A model generated the notes under the pieces. It had not been told where the DNA came from. It made no database searches and saw only the letters and a list, made by a program, of their open reading frames with translations. DNA of 32,000 bases, taken from NCBI RefSeq assembly GCF_003324675.1, contig NZ_CP030918.1, forward strand, positions 2,910,001-2,942,000, given 5' to 3'. The stretch is from Paracoccus suum. Lineage in GTDB: Bacteria; Pseudomonadota; Alphaproteobacteria; Rhodobacterales; Rhodobacteraceae. Positions 1 to 7,401 of the stretch are shown in pieces. The position numbers and the translations under genes were made by a program. The first letter of the stretch is position 1. The number at the start of each line of letters is the position of its first letter.

Positions 1-569
1 ACCTCGGCCGTCTGGGCGACGCCGAGCGCGGCGGTCGGCTCGTCCAGCATGATGATCTTGGGGTCGAGCAGCAGCGAGCGGGCGATGGCGACGGTCTGGC
101 GCTGCCCGCCGGAGAGCGAGGCGATGGGCTCGCGCACCGAAGGGATGCGCGCCGCAAGTTCGCGCAGCAGTTTCCAGGCGCGGACCTCCATCTGGACCTC
201 GTCCAGTGCCCAGGGTCCGACCTCTTGCCCCAGGAAAAGATTGGCCACGACATCCAAGTTCTCGCACAGGGCAAGGTCCTGAAAGACGGTAGCGATGCCC
301 ATGTCGAGGGCCTTGGCGGGACTGTCGAGGGTAACCTCGCGATCCAGAAAGCGGATGGTCCCGGTGGTCGGCTGGTGCACGCCGGCCAGGATCTTGACGA
401 GGGTCGACTTGCCGGCACCGTTGTCGCCGACCAGCGCCACGACTTCGCCGGCACGAACCTCAAGCTCGATGTCCGACAGCGCGGTCACGGCGCCGAACTG
501 CTTCGAGACCCCGCTGAGGCTGAGAAGCAGATCGCCCTTGCGCGAGCGTTCCGAGGGTGTTGCTGCCAT
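1..569 (-). CDS. Sugar-type ABC transporter ATP-binding protein (N-terminal part; gene runs off the window start)
   Basis: Absent from the ORF track because the frame leaves the window. My translation from ATG at 569-567 reads MAATPSERSRKGDLLLSLSGVSKQFGAVTAL...VALVGDNGAGKSTL (Walker A)...LSGGQRQTVAIARSL (ABC signature)...IIMLDEPTAALG (Walker B). It lies directly downstream of the SBP gene on the same strand. Confidence 0.85.
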   Translation of the reverse strand, partial: MAATPSERSRKGDLLLSLSGVSKQFGAVTALSDIELEVRAGEVVALVGDNGAGKSTLVKILAGVHQPTTGTIRFLDREVTLDSPAKALDMGIATVFQDLALCENLDVVANLFLGQEVGPWALDEVQMEVRAWKLLRELAARIPSVREPIASLSGGQRQTVAIARSLLLDPKIIMLDEPTAALGVAQTAE

Positions 570-590
570 GTCGTTCCCCGTCTTTTGCAC

Positions 591-618
591 GGGCCGCGAG
601 GCAATAGCCCCGCGGCCC
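591..618 (-). promoter_or_regulatory. Intercistronic GC-rich stem-loop between the SBP and ATPase genes
   Basis: GGGCCGCG (591-598) is the exact reverse complement of CGCGGCCC (611-618), with a 12-nt loop. It sits in the 60-nt gap between the SBP stop (630-632) and the ATPase start (569). A role in mRNA stability or attenuation is inferred from placement only. Confidence 0.3.
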
Positions 619-629
619 GCAGGTTCTTT

Positions 630-1679
630 TTATTTCTTGATGCCGGCCGCATCGCAGGCGGCGGCATATTCGCCAGTGCAGACCTGGTCGTAGGTCTGGA
701 CGCCCTTGTCAAAGATCTCGGCTTTGATGTTTTCCTTGGTCACGACGACCGGCACGAACAGCTGCGATGGGGTGTCGTAGAGGGTGGCCTTGGCCTCGGG
801 CGCCTTGCCCTCGACAAAGCCGACCGCGATTTCAGCAGCGGCGCGGGCCACGATCTCGGACGGTTTCGAGATGGTGTTGTACTGGTCACCCGACAGGATC
901 AGTTGCAGCGCCGCGATGGTCGCGTCGTTGCCGGTGACCGGCGGGATCGGCGTGACGCCAGCCGCCTTCAGCGCGGCAATGGCGCCCCCGGCGGTGCCGT
1001 CGTTGGCCGCGGCGATTCCCTTGATCTCGTCGCCAAACCGGGTGATCTGGCCGGCGGTCCATTCCTGGGCCTTGGGCGGCGCCCATTCGGGCGTGTCGTA
1101 TTCGGCCAGCGTCTTGTAACCCGAGGCCGCCAGCGATTCGCGCTCGCCGTCGCGGATCAGGCCGGCGGCGGCGTCGGTGGCCGAGCCGTTGATCTGCAGA
1201 ACGCCCGCACCGTCGGGAACGCCCGCAGCTTTCATGTGATCGACCAGCGACTTGGCGATAGCGGCGCCGATTCCCTTGTTGTCGAACGAGACGTAGTAAT
1301 CCGCCGGCTTGTCCGGGATAGGCCGGTCATAGGCGATGATCTTCACGTCCTGCGAATGGGCAATCTCGACCAGGGCGGCGGCGGCGGCGCTGTCCACGGG
1401 GTCAAGGACGACGACCTTGGCGCCCTGCGCGATGACCGAGTTGAACTGCTGCTGCTGCAGCGCGGCGTCGCCATTCCCGTTCTGGTAGATCACCTGGCAA
1501 TCGGCGCAAAGCTCGGCCATGGCGGCCTTGAAGCCGGGGAAATCATGCTCCTCATAGCGGGTCGAGGCCTGGTCGGGCATCAGGAACGCGACCGTGGCGC
1601 CGGCCGCCATCGCGCCACCTGCCCCAAGAATGCCTGCGGCGAGCGCCGCAGCGGCCGCGATCGTTGTAGTGGTTTTCAT
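630..1679 (-). CDS. Periplasmic sugar-binding protein of an ABC transporter (xylose/ribose-binding PBP type I fold)
   Basis: ORF 630..1910 trimmed to the ATG at 1679-1677, which is preceded by GGAGG (revcomp of cctcc at 1686-1690). N-terminus MKTTTTIAAAAALAAGILGAGGAMAAG is a Sec signal. The body (VAFLMPDQASTRYEEHDFPGF...KVVVLDPVDS...IIAYDRPI...VTGNDAT) is typical of LacI/RbsB-fold sugar SBPs. Confidence 0.85.
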   Translation of the reverse strand: MKTTTTIAAAAALAAGILGAGGAMAAGATVAFLMPDQASTRYEEHDFPGFKAAMAELCADCQVIYQNGNGDAALQQQQFNSVIAQGAKVVVLDPVDSAAAAALVEIAHSQDVKIIAYDRPIPDKPADYYVSFDNKGIGAAIAKSLVDHMKAAGVPDGAGVLQINGSATDAAAGLIRDGERESLAASGYKTLAEYDTPEWAPPKAQEWTAGQITRFGDEIKGIAAANDGTAGGAIAALKAAGVTPIPPVTGNDATIAALQLILSGDQYNTISKPSEIVARAAAEIAVGFVEGKAPEAKATLYDTPSQLFVPVVVTKENIKAEIFDKGVQTYDQVCTGEYAAACDAAGIKK

Positions 1680-2086
1680 CTGAATCCTCCCTGTAGCGCT
1701 TGCACCAAGCAGGTTTGCCGCGTTAGCGCAATCACTACCTCTCGCGCGCCCTGCCGGCCGCCCAGTCGCCCGCCGAGCGTTGTGCCAGATCGCACGCCTG
1801 TCAAGCTGTGTACATTGGCGATAGCGGCAAATTCGGCGTCGGCTAACCGGCCGCGTGGAACGACGCCCCAAGCGTGAATGTCCTGAGCACCGATGAACCG
1901 CGTGTCGCACCGCCGAGGGAACATATGCGTGGTCGAAGGCTTATGGTCCTTAGTGCCAAATTGACCCACACTGAACGACTGAGGCCCTGATCATCGCTGG
2001 ACCGCCGAGCGGTCTTGACGGCGCCCCGGGCATGTTCCGCGCGCTTCGCGGGTGGGGGGCGACAGACCAGACAAGGGAACCGATCC

Positions 2087-2995
2087 ATGAAACGCATGAC
2101 CATGCTCGCCGCCGCGACGCTGTTCGGACTGGCCGGGGCGGCCGGTGCCAAGGATATCGTCGTCTCTTCCAAGATCGACACCGAGGGCGGCCTTCTGGGG
2201 AACGTGATCCTGCTCGCCCTGCAGAATGCCGGAATGCCGGTGCAGGACAAGCTGCAGCTGGGCGGGACGCCCATCGTGCGCGACGCGATCACCTCGGGGC
2301 AGATCGACATCTATCCCGAATACACCGGAAATGCCGCCTTCTTCTTCAACGAAGCTGACAGCCCGGTGTGGAAGGACGCGGCCAAGGGGTACGAGCGCGC
2401 GGCCGAACTGGACAAGAAAAAGAACAAGATCATCTGGCTGAAAGCGGCACCCGCGAACAATACCTGGGCGATCGCCGTGCGCGAGGACCTGGCGACGGCC
2501 AGCAACCTGCGCACGATGTCGGACCTCGGCAAATACGTGGCTGGCGGGGGCGAGATCAAGCTCGCTGCCTCGACCGAGTTCGTGACCTCGCCGGCGGCCC
2601 TGCCGGCGTTCCAGACCGCGTATGGCTTCACGCTGAAGCCGGACCAGCTGGTGCAGCTATCGGGCGGGGATACCGCCGCGACCATCGCCGCAGCCGCGCA
2701 GCAGACCTCGGGCGTGAATGCCGCAATGGTCTATGGCACCGACGGCGGCATAATTCCCGCCGGGCTGGTGGTGATGGAGGACGACAAGGCGGTCGAGCCG
2801 GTCTATCAGGCCGCCCCCATTGTCCGCGAGGAGGTGCTGACCGAGCATCCGCAGATCGCCGAGGTGCTGAACCCGATCTTCGAGGGCCTGTCGCTCGAGA
2901 CCTTGCAGGATCTGAATGGTCGCATTCAGGTCGGGGGCGAGCCGGCGGCGACCGTCGCCAAGGACTACCTGACCAAGCAAGGCGTGCTGAAGTAA
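2087..2995 (+). CDS. osmF: Glycine betaine/osmoprotectant-family ABC substrate-binding protein (OsmF/YehZ-like, OpuAC fold)
   Basis: ORF 2015..2995 (TTG) trimmed to the ATG at 2087. MKRMTMLAAATLFGLAGAAGA is a signal peptide. It contains GGLLGNVILLALQNAG...IDIYPEYTGN, typical of the OpuBC/OsmF family. It is the first gene of an SBP, long permease, ATPase, short permease array, matching the order and sizes of E. coli osmF-yehYXW. Confidence 0.8.
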   Translation: MKRMTMLAAATLFGLAGAAGAKDIVVSSKIDTEGGLLGNVILLALQNAGMPVQDKLQLGGTPIVRDAITSGQIDIYPEYTGNAAFFFNEADSPVWKDAAKGYERAAELDKKKNKIIWLKAAPANNTWAIAVREDLATASNLRTMSDLGKYVAGGGEIKLAASTEFVTSPAALPAFQTAYGFTLKPDQLVQLSGGDTAATIAAAAQQTSGVNAAMVYGTDGGIIPAGLVVMEDDKAVEPVYQAAPIVREEVLTEHPQIAEVLNPIFEGLSLETLQDLNGRIQVGGEPAATVAKDYLTKQGVLK

Positions 2996-3091
2996 GGGCG
3001 CCGCGGTGCCGATTGGGGCTGCTGGTCCGCACTGGTCCAAAGCGTTGTCAAAGGGCCGCCGGCCTCGGACCCATCAGGTGACAAGCTGCCC

Positions 3092-4297
3092 ATGACAGAC
3101 CTGCCCTATTCCACGCCAGCGGCCGCCGCCGCGGCGCCGCGGATCAGCCGCACCGGCGTCCTGTTCGCGGCGCTCGGCGCGGCCGGGCTTGCGCTGCCGC
3201 TGGTCCAGTTCAAGCCCAACCGGATCGTCGCCGGCGAGGGCATGCGGCTGCCCGATGCGCTCCCCGCCGCGCTGGGCTGGGGCCTGACGGCAGCCCTGGT
3301 CGCTGCGTTGCTGGCCGGGCTGTCGCCGCGGCTCGCGTTGCCAGCGCGACTGGCCTTGGGGTTGGCGGGGTTGCTGGCCACGGTCGTCGCGTTGGGCGTC
3401 TCGGCGGGCTACCTGATGCCCGAGGGCAATACCATCGCTCGCGTCGCGCCTTCAGCCGGCTTCTGGCTGCTGACATTGGCCTTCGCGTTGATGGTGGCGG
3501 ATGCGCAGTCGCGCATGCATCTGCCCCTGCGCCGCCGCTGGCTGATGCTCGGCGCGGCCATAGTTTCGGCAGCACTGATCCTGTCGTCCGGACTGCTGGA
3601 CGGCACGTCGGTCATGCGCGAATACGCCGCCCGCGCCGATCTGTTCGGCCGCGAGGCGGTGCGCCACCTGCTGCTGGCCTTCGGCTCGCTGGGACTGGCA
3701 CTGGTTGTCGGGCTGCCGCTGGGGATCGCCCTCTATAACCGGCCCGGGTTGCGCGGCCCTGTGCTGGGTACGCTGAACCTGCTGCAGACCATCCCCTCGC
3801 TGGCGCTTTTCGGGATCATGATCCCCCTGCTCGGCTGGGTGGCGCTGCACCTGCCGGGCGCGCAGGCGTTGGGCGTTTCCGGCATCGGCCCCTTTCCCGC
3901 CCTGATCGCGCTCTTCATCTATTCGCTGCTGCCGGTCGTGTCGAACACCGTCGTCGGGCTGGCCGGCGTCTCGCCCGAGGCGCGGGACGCGGCCGTCGGC
4001 ACCGGCATGACCGAGCGCCAAATCCTCACCGGAATACTGCTGCCACTGGCCCTACCCTCGATCATCGCAGCGGTGCGGATCGTGCTGGTGCAAAACATCG
4101 GCCTCGCGGTGATCGCCGGGCTGATCGGCGGCGGCGGATTTGGCACCTTTGTCTTTCAGGGCCTCAACCAGACCGCCATGGACCTGGTGTTGCTGGGCGC
4201 GCTGCCGACCATCGCGCTGGCGCTGGTGTCCGGCGTCTCGCTTGACCTCGCGGTCGAGGGCCTTGAGCGGGGCGCCGCATCCAGGGGCAGCCCATGA
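3092..4297 (+). CDS. yehY: ABC permease with an extra N-terminal multi-TM domain (YehY-like)
   Basis: 401 aa. The C-terminal half carries a BPD-type permease core (LNLLQTIPSLALFGIMIPLLG...LPVVSNTVVGL). The N-terminal ~170 aa form additional hydrophobic helices, as in the 385-aa E. coli YehY. Its stop overlaps the next start (ATGA at 4294-4297). Confidence 0.8.
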   Translation: MTDLPYSTPAAAAAAPRISRTGVLFAALGAAGLALPLVQFKPNRIVAGEGMRLPDALPAALGWGLTAALVAALLAGLSPRLALPARLALGLAGLLATVVALGVSAGYLMPEGNTIARVAPSAGFWLLTLAFALMVADAQSRMHLPLRRRWLMLGAAIVSAALILSSGLLDGTSVMREYAARADLFGREAVRHLLLAFGSLGLALVVGLPLGIALYNRPGLRGPVLGTLNLLQTIPSLALFGIMIPLLGWVALHLPGAQALGVSGIGPFPALIALFIYSLLPVVSNTVVGLAGVSPEARDAAVGTGMTERQILTGILLPLALPSIIAAVRIVLVQNIGLAVIAGLIGGGGFGTFVFQGLNQTAMDLVLLGALPTIALALVSGVSLDLAVEGLERGAASRGSP

Positions 4298-5268
4298 TCG
4301 AGATCCAGAACCTGACCAAGCGGTTCGGCGATCAGACCGTGGTCGACAATGTCAGCCTGACCATCGACAGCGGCCAGATCGCCGTGCTTGTGGGCAGTTC
4401 CGGCTCGGGCAAGACTACCCTCCTGCGCTCCGTCAACCGCATGGTCGAGCCGACCTCGGGTCGCGTGCTGATCGACGGCGTCGACACCGCGACGATCCGG
4501 CCCCATCTGCTGCGCCGCCGGATCGGCTATGCGATCCAGGGGCACGGACTTTTTCCGCATCGCACGGTCGCGCAGAACATCGGAACCGTGCCGCAACTGC
4601 TCGGCTGGCCCAAGGCGCGGATCGCGGCGCGAGTGGACGAGTTGCTGGAGCTGTTCCAGATGGATCCGGCCGAATACCGGGGCCGCATGCCTTATGAATT
4701 GTCCGGCGGCCAGCAGCAGCGAGTCGGCGTTGCCCGCGCGCTGGCCGCGCGGCCGGATCTGCTGCTGATGGACGAGCCGTTCGGCGCACTGGACCCGGTG
4801 ATCCGCGCCAAGGCTCAGGACGATTTGCACGAGGTGCAGCGACGCCTCGGCACGACGCTGCTGCTCGTCACCCATGACATGGAGGAAGCGATTGCCCTCG
4901 GCGACCGGATCGCCGTCATGGACCGTGGGCGGCTGCTTCAATATGCGCCGCCGGCGCAGATCCTGACCGAGCCGGCGACGCCCTTTGTCCGCGCCCTGAT
5001 CGGCAAGGGAGAGCGGCCGTTCCGCCTGCTGTCGCTCGGCTGCGTCGCGGATGTTGTCGAGCCGGGCGACGCCGCCGGGCCGCCCCTGCCCCGCACTGCC
5101 AGCCTGCGCGATGCGCTGGCCGAGTGCCTGTGGTCCGGCCGCGCTGCGCTGCCGATCGAGGGCGGTGGCGTGGTCACGCTGGCGAGGTTGCAGGTTCTGG
5201 CCGGCGGTGGGCGCGCCGAGGCGACCAATCCCGCGGGACACGCCCGCGACGCTGCAGGCGGCGCATGA
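4294..5268 (+). CDS. yehX: Betaine-family ABC transporter ATP-binding protein (YehX/OpuBA-like)
   Basis: Walker A GSSGSGKTT, signature LSGGQQQRVGVARAL, Walker B LLLMDEPFGALD, H-loop VTHD. There are ATGA overlaps with both flanking permease genes. Confidence 0.9.
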   Translation: MIEIQNLTKRFGDQTVVDNVSLTIDSGQIAVLVGSSGSGKTTLLRSVNRMVEPTSGRVLIDGVDTATIRPHLLRRRIGYAIQGHGLFPHRTVAQNIGTVPQLLGWPKARIAARVDELLELFQMDPAEYRGRMPYELSGGQQQRVGVARALAARPDLLLMDEPFGALDPVIRAKAQDDLHEVQRRLGTTLLLVTHDMEEAIALGDRIAVMDRGRLLQYAPPAQILTEPATPFVRALIGKGERPFRLLSLGCVADVVEPGDAAGPPLPRTASLRDALAECLWSGRAALPIEGGGVVTLARLQVLAGGGRAEATNPAGHARDAAGGA

Positions 5269-6008
5269 GGGGGCAACTCGCCTTCGGCGCTGCGGTGCTG
5301 TTTCTGGCCCTGTTCCTGCTGTCGCCACAGAGCTTTGCGCCGCTGCTCGCCCCGCTGACCAGGAACGGCGCGCCGCCGGTCTATACCCAGACCAGCCTGC
5401 TGTCGCTGACCGCCTCGCATTTGGCGCTGGTGGCGGCGGCGGTCCTCGCTTCTAGTGCGGTGGGGATCGGCCTCGGCATTTTGGTGACGAGGCCCTCGGG
5501 GCGCGAGTTCCTGCCGCTGGCGCGCACCTTCACCGCCGTCGGCCAGACCTTTCCGCCGGTTGCCGTGCTGGCGCTGGCGGTCCCGATCCTGGGTTTCGGC
5601 GCCCGCCCGACCCTGATCGCACTGTTCCTCTACGGGCTGCTACCGGTGTTCGAGAATACGCTCACCGGCCTGACAACCCTGCCGCCCGAGGTGACCGAGG
5701 CAGCGCGTGGCATGGGTATGACCCCGCGCCAACGCCTGTGGCGGGTCGAGATGCCGCTGGCGCTGCCGATCATCCTTGCCGGGGTGCGTCTGACCGCGGT
5801 CATCTCGCTGGGGACCGCGACCATCGGATCGACCGTCGCGGCGCATACGCTGGGCGAGGTCATCATTGCCGGGCTGCTGTCCTCGAACACCGCCTTCGTC
5901 GTGCAGGGCGGCTTGATTGTCGGCCTGCTGGCAATCCTGATCTACGACGTGTTTCAGCGCCTCGAACGGGCGGCCGCCCGGCGGATCGGCCTGATCCGCG
6001 GCGCGTAA
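5265..6008 (+). CDS. yehW: ABC permease (YehW-like)
   Basis: ORF 5124..6008 trimmed to the ATG at 5265, which overlaps the ATPase stop (ATGA). The 247-aa protein has a hydrophobic N-terminus MRGQLAFGAAVLFLALFLL and a permease core (GQTFPPVAVLALAVPILGFG...LPVFENTLTGL). Confidence 0.85.
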   Translation: MRGQLAFGAAVLFLALFLLSPQSFAPLLAPLTRNGAPPVYTQTSLLSLTASHLALVAAAVLASSAVGIGLGILVTRPSGREFLPLARTFTAVGQTFPPVAVLALAVPILGFGARPTLIALFLYGLLPVFENTLTGLTTLPPEVTEAARGMGMTPRQRLWRVEMPLALPIILAGVRLTAVISLGTATIGSTVAAHTLGEVIIAGLLSSNTAFVVQGGLIVGLLAILIYDVFQRLERAAARRIGLIRGA

Positions 6009-6120
6009 CGTCCAGAGAGCGGCCCATCGTCCTGACAGGGGTTGCCCCGGCCCGCCGCTACGGGTTCATTCGCCCGCGCGCCGCGCTGGCGCAGGGTTTG
6101 CACGGCTGGAGGATTGCCTG

Positions 6121-7362
6121 ATGAGGAACCGGATGATCAGCGAGCTGCGCATCGCGGCCGATTTCGACGCATTGGCGGCGCTGACCGATCCGGGCCAGCC
6201 GTGGACCCGGCGCAGCTTTACCCCGATGTTCGACCGCGGCCGCGACTGGGTCAGCCGCGCCTTCGCCGACGCCGGGCTGACGGTCCGGACGGACGCCGCC
6301 GGCAACATGATCGGCCTGCGCCCCGGATCGGACCCAGCCGCGCGCGGCACGATCCTGCTGGGCAGCCACACCGATACGGTCCCGGGGGGCGGACGCTTTG
6401 ACGGCATCGCGGGCGTCATCGCCGCGCTCGAGATAACGCGCGCGCTGGACGAGGCGGGCGTCACCCTGCGCCATGATCTCGCGGTGGTCGACTTCCTCGC
6501 CGAGGAGGTGTCAGGTTTTGGCGTCTCCTGCATCGGCTCGCGCGGGATGGCGGGGATCATGCCGTCCGAATGGCTGGATCGCACTTGGGAGGGGCGCAGC
6601 CTGCGCGAGGCGATCACCAGCGTCGGCGGCAACCCCGAGGCGCTGGGCGGCGCGTTGAGCGAGCCGCTCAACGGGCCGCTGCGCGCCTATCTTGAACTGC
6701 ATATCGAACAAGGCACCCGGCTGGAGCGGGCCGGTCTCGACCTGGGGCTGGTGCGGGCTATTGCCGGCATCACGCGGATCGAGATCACGGTGAAGGGCCG
6801 CCCCGACCACGCCGGCACCACGCCCATGGATGCGCGCGACGATGCCCTGGTTACGGCAGCCCTGCTGGTGGGCCAGCTTCGCGCCGAAGGCGCCCGGACG
6901 CGCGACGGCCGCCACTTCACCACCACGGTGGGCGAGTTCGAAATCTCGCCCGGCGCCGCCAACGTCATCCCCGGCCATGTGCGCATGCTTGTGGACGCAC
7001 GGGCCGAAGCACGGCCGGACATGGAGGCTTTCATCGCCTGGACCGTCGACTTGGCAGAGGCCACGCCGGGCGTCGCGGCGCGCGTCATCTCGGACAATCC
7101 GCCGGTGCCGATGGATGAAGGCTTGCTGGCAGCGCTGACGGCGGCGGCCGACGCAGGCGGCATCAGCCACATGCCCCTGACCTCGGGCGCGGGCCATGAC
7201 GCCGCCTACATGGCCCGGCTGGGTCCTGCGGCCATGGTATTTGTGCCGTCCAAGGACGGCCGCAGCCATTGCGCCGAAGAATGGACCGAGATCGAGCAGA
7301 TCGCGCTGGGGGCAGAGGTGATCGCCCGCGCTGTCATCGCCCTCGATCAACAGGACGCCTGA
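6121..7362 (+). CDS. M20-family Zn-dependent amidohydrolase (N-carbamoyl-L-amino-acid hydrolase / allantoate amidohydrolase / hydantoin-utilisation HyuC family)
   Basis: 413 aa. It contains PGQPWTRRSFTPMF...AAGNMIGLRPGS...LLGSHTDTVPGGGRFDGIAGVIAALE...DFLAEE...ELHIEQG...TSGAGHDA, the characteristic AmaB/AllC-type motif series. GGAGGA lies 8 nt upstream of the ATG. An alternative ATG is at 6133. Confidence 0.8.
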   Translation: MRNRMISELRIAADFDALAALTDPGQPWTRRSFTPMFDRGRDWVSRAFADAGLTVRTDAAGNMIGLRPGSDPAARGTILLGSHTDTVPGGGRFDGIAGVIAALEITRALDEAGVTLRHDLAVVDFLAEEVSGFGVSCIGSRGMAGIMPSEWLDRTWEGRSLREAITSVGGNPEALGGALSEPLNGPLRAYLELHIEQGTRLERAGLDLGLVRAIAGITRIEITVKGRPDHAGTTPMDARDDALVTAALLVGQLRAEGARTRDGRHFTTTVGEFEISPGAANVIPGHVRMLVDARAEARPDMEAFIAWTVDLAEATPGVAARVISDNPPVPMDEGLLAALTAAADAGGISHMPLTSGAGHDAAYMARLGPAAMVFVPSKDGRSHCAEEWTEIEQIALGAEVIARAVIALDQQDA

Positions 7363-7370
7363 GGGCGGGC

Positions 7371-7395
7371 GCGGCGGCGCAACGAGAGCCGCCGC
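7371..7395. terminator. Hairpin between convergent genes (possible bidirectional terminator)
   Basis: GCGGCGGC (7371-7378) is the exact reverse complement of GCCGCCGC (7388-7395), with a 9-nt loop. It sits in the 39-nt gap between the hydrolase stop (7362) and the minus-strand stop at 7402. There is no clear U-tract. Confidence 0.4.
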
Positions 7396-7401
7396 AACCG
7401 A

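Noticed and set aside
225-1877. Very long ORFs antisense to, or out of frame with, recognisable genes. Examples: 225..1877 (+), 4156..5328 (-), 9741..11294 (+), 13059..15134 (-), 16855..17937 (-), 18067..19791 (-), 20529..22319 (-), 22238..24670 (-), 24671..25858 (-), 29493..31001 (-).
   Set aside because: Their translations are Arg/Gly/Ala/Pro-rich with no recognisable motifs. Each lies opposite a gene with clear family signatures. Long stop-free antisense frames are the expected artefact of high-GC DNA with GC-rich third codon positions.
2015-2086. N-terminal extensions given by the ORF track for many genes (2015, 5124, 11939, 13053, 14648, 16105, 16849, 26924, 27384 and 28854, plus the hemF ORF extended to 26963).
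   Set aside because: The extensions overlap the preceding gene or lack coding bias. Internal starts give canonical N-termini (signal peptides, the G1 motif of TypA), SD sequences or ATGA/GTGA junctions. The track also counts GTG/TTG as starts, for example 2015 TTG and 22256 GTG.
1680-2086. 407-bp divergent region between the sugar SBP gene and osmF, inspected for a hidden small gene or a LacI-type operator (TTGC...GCAA near 1715-1735).
   Set aside because: Only spurious overlapping ORFs (1676..1969 -, 1843..2310 -) are present. The candidate operator is not a true palindrome beyond its 4-nt ends. Nothing can be supported beyond generic promoter space.
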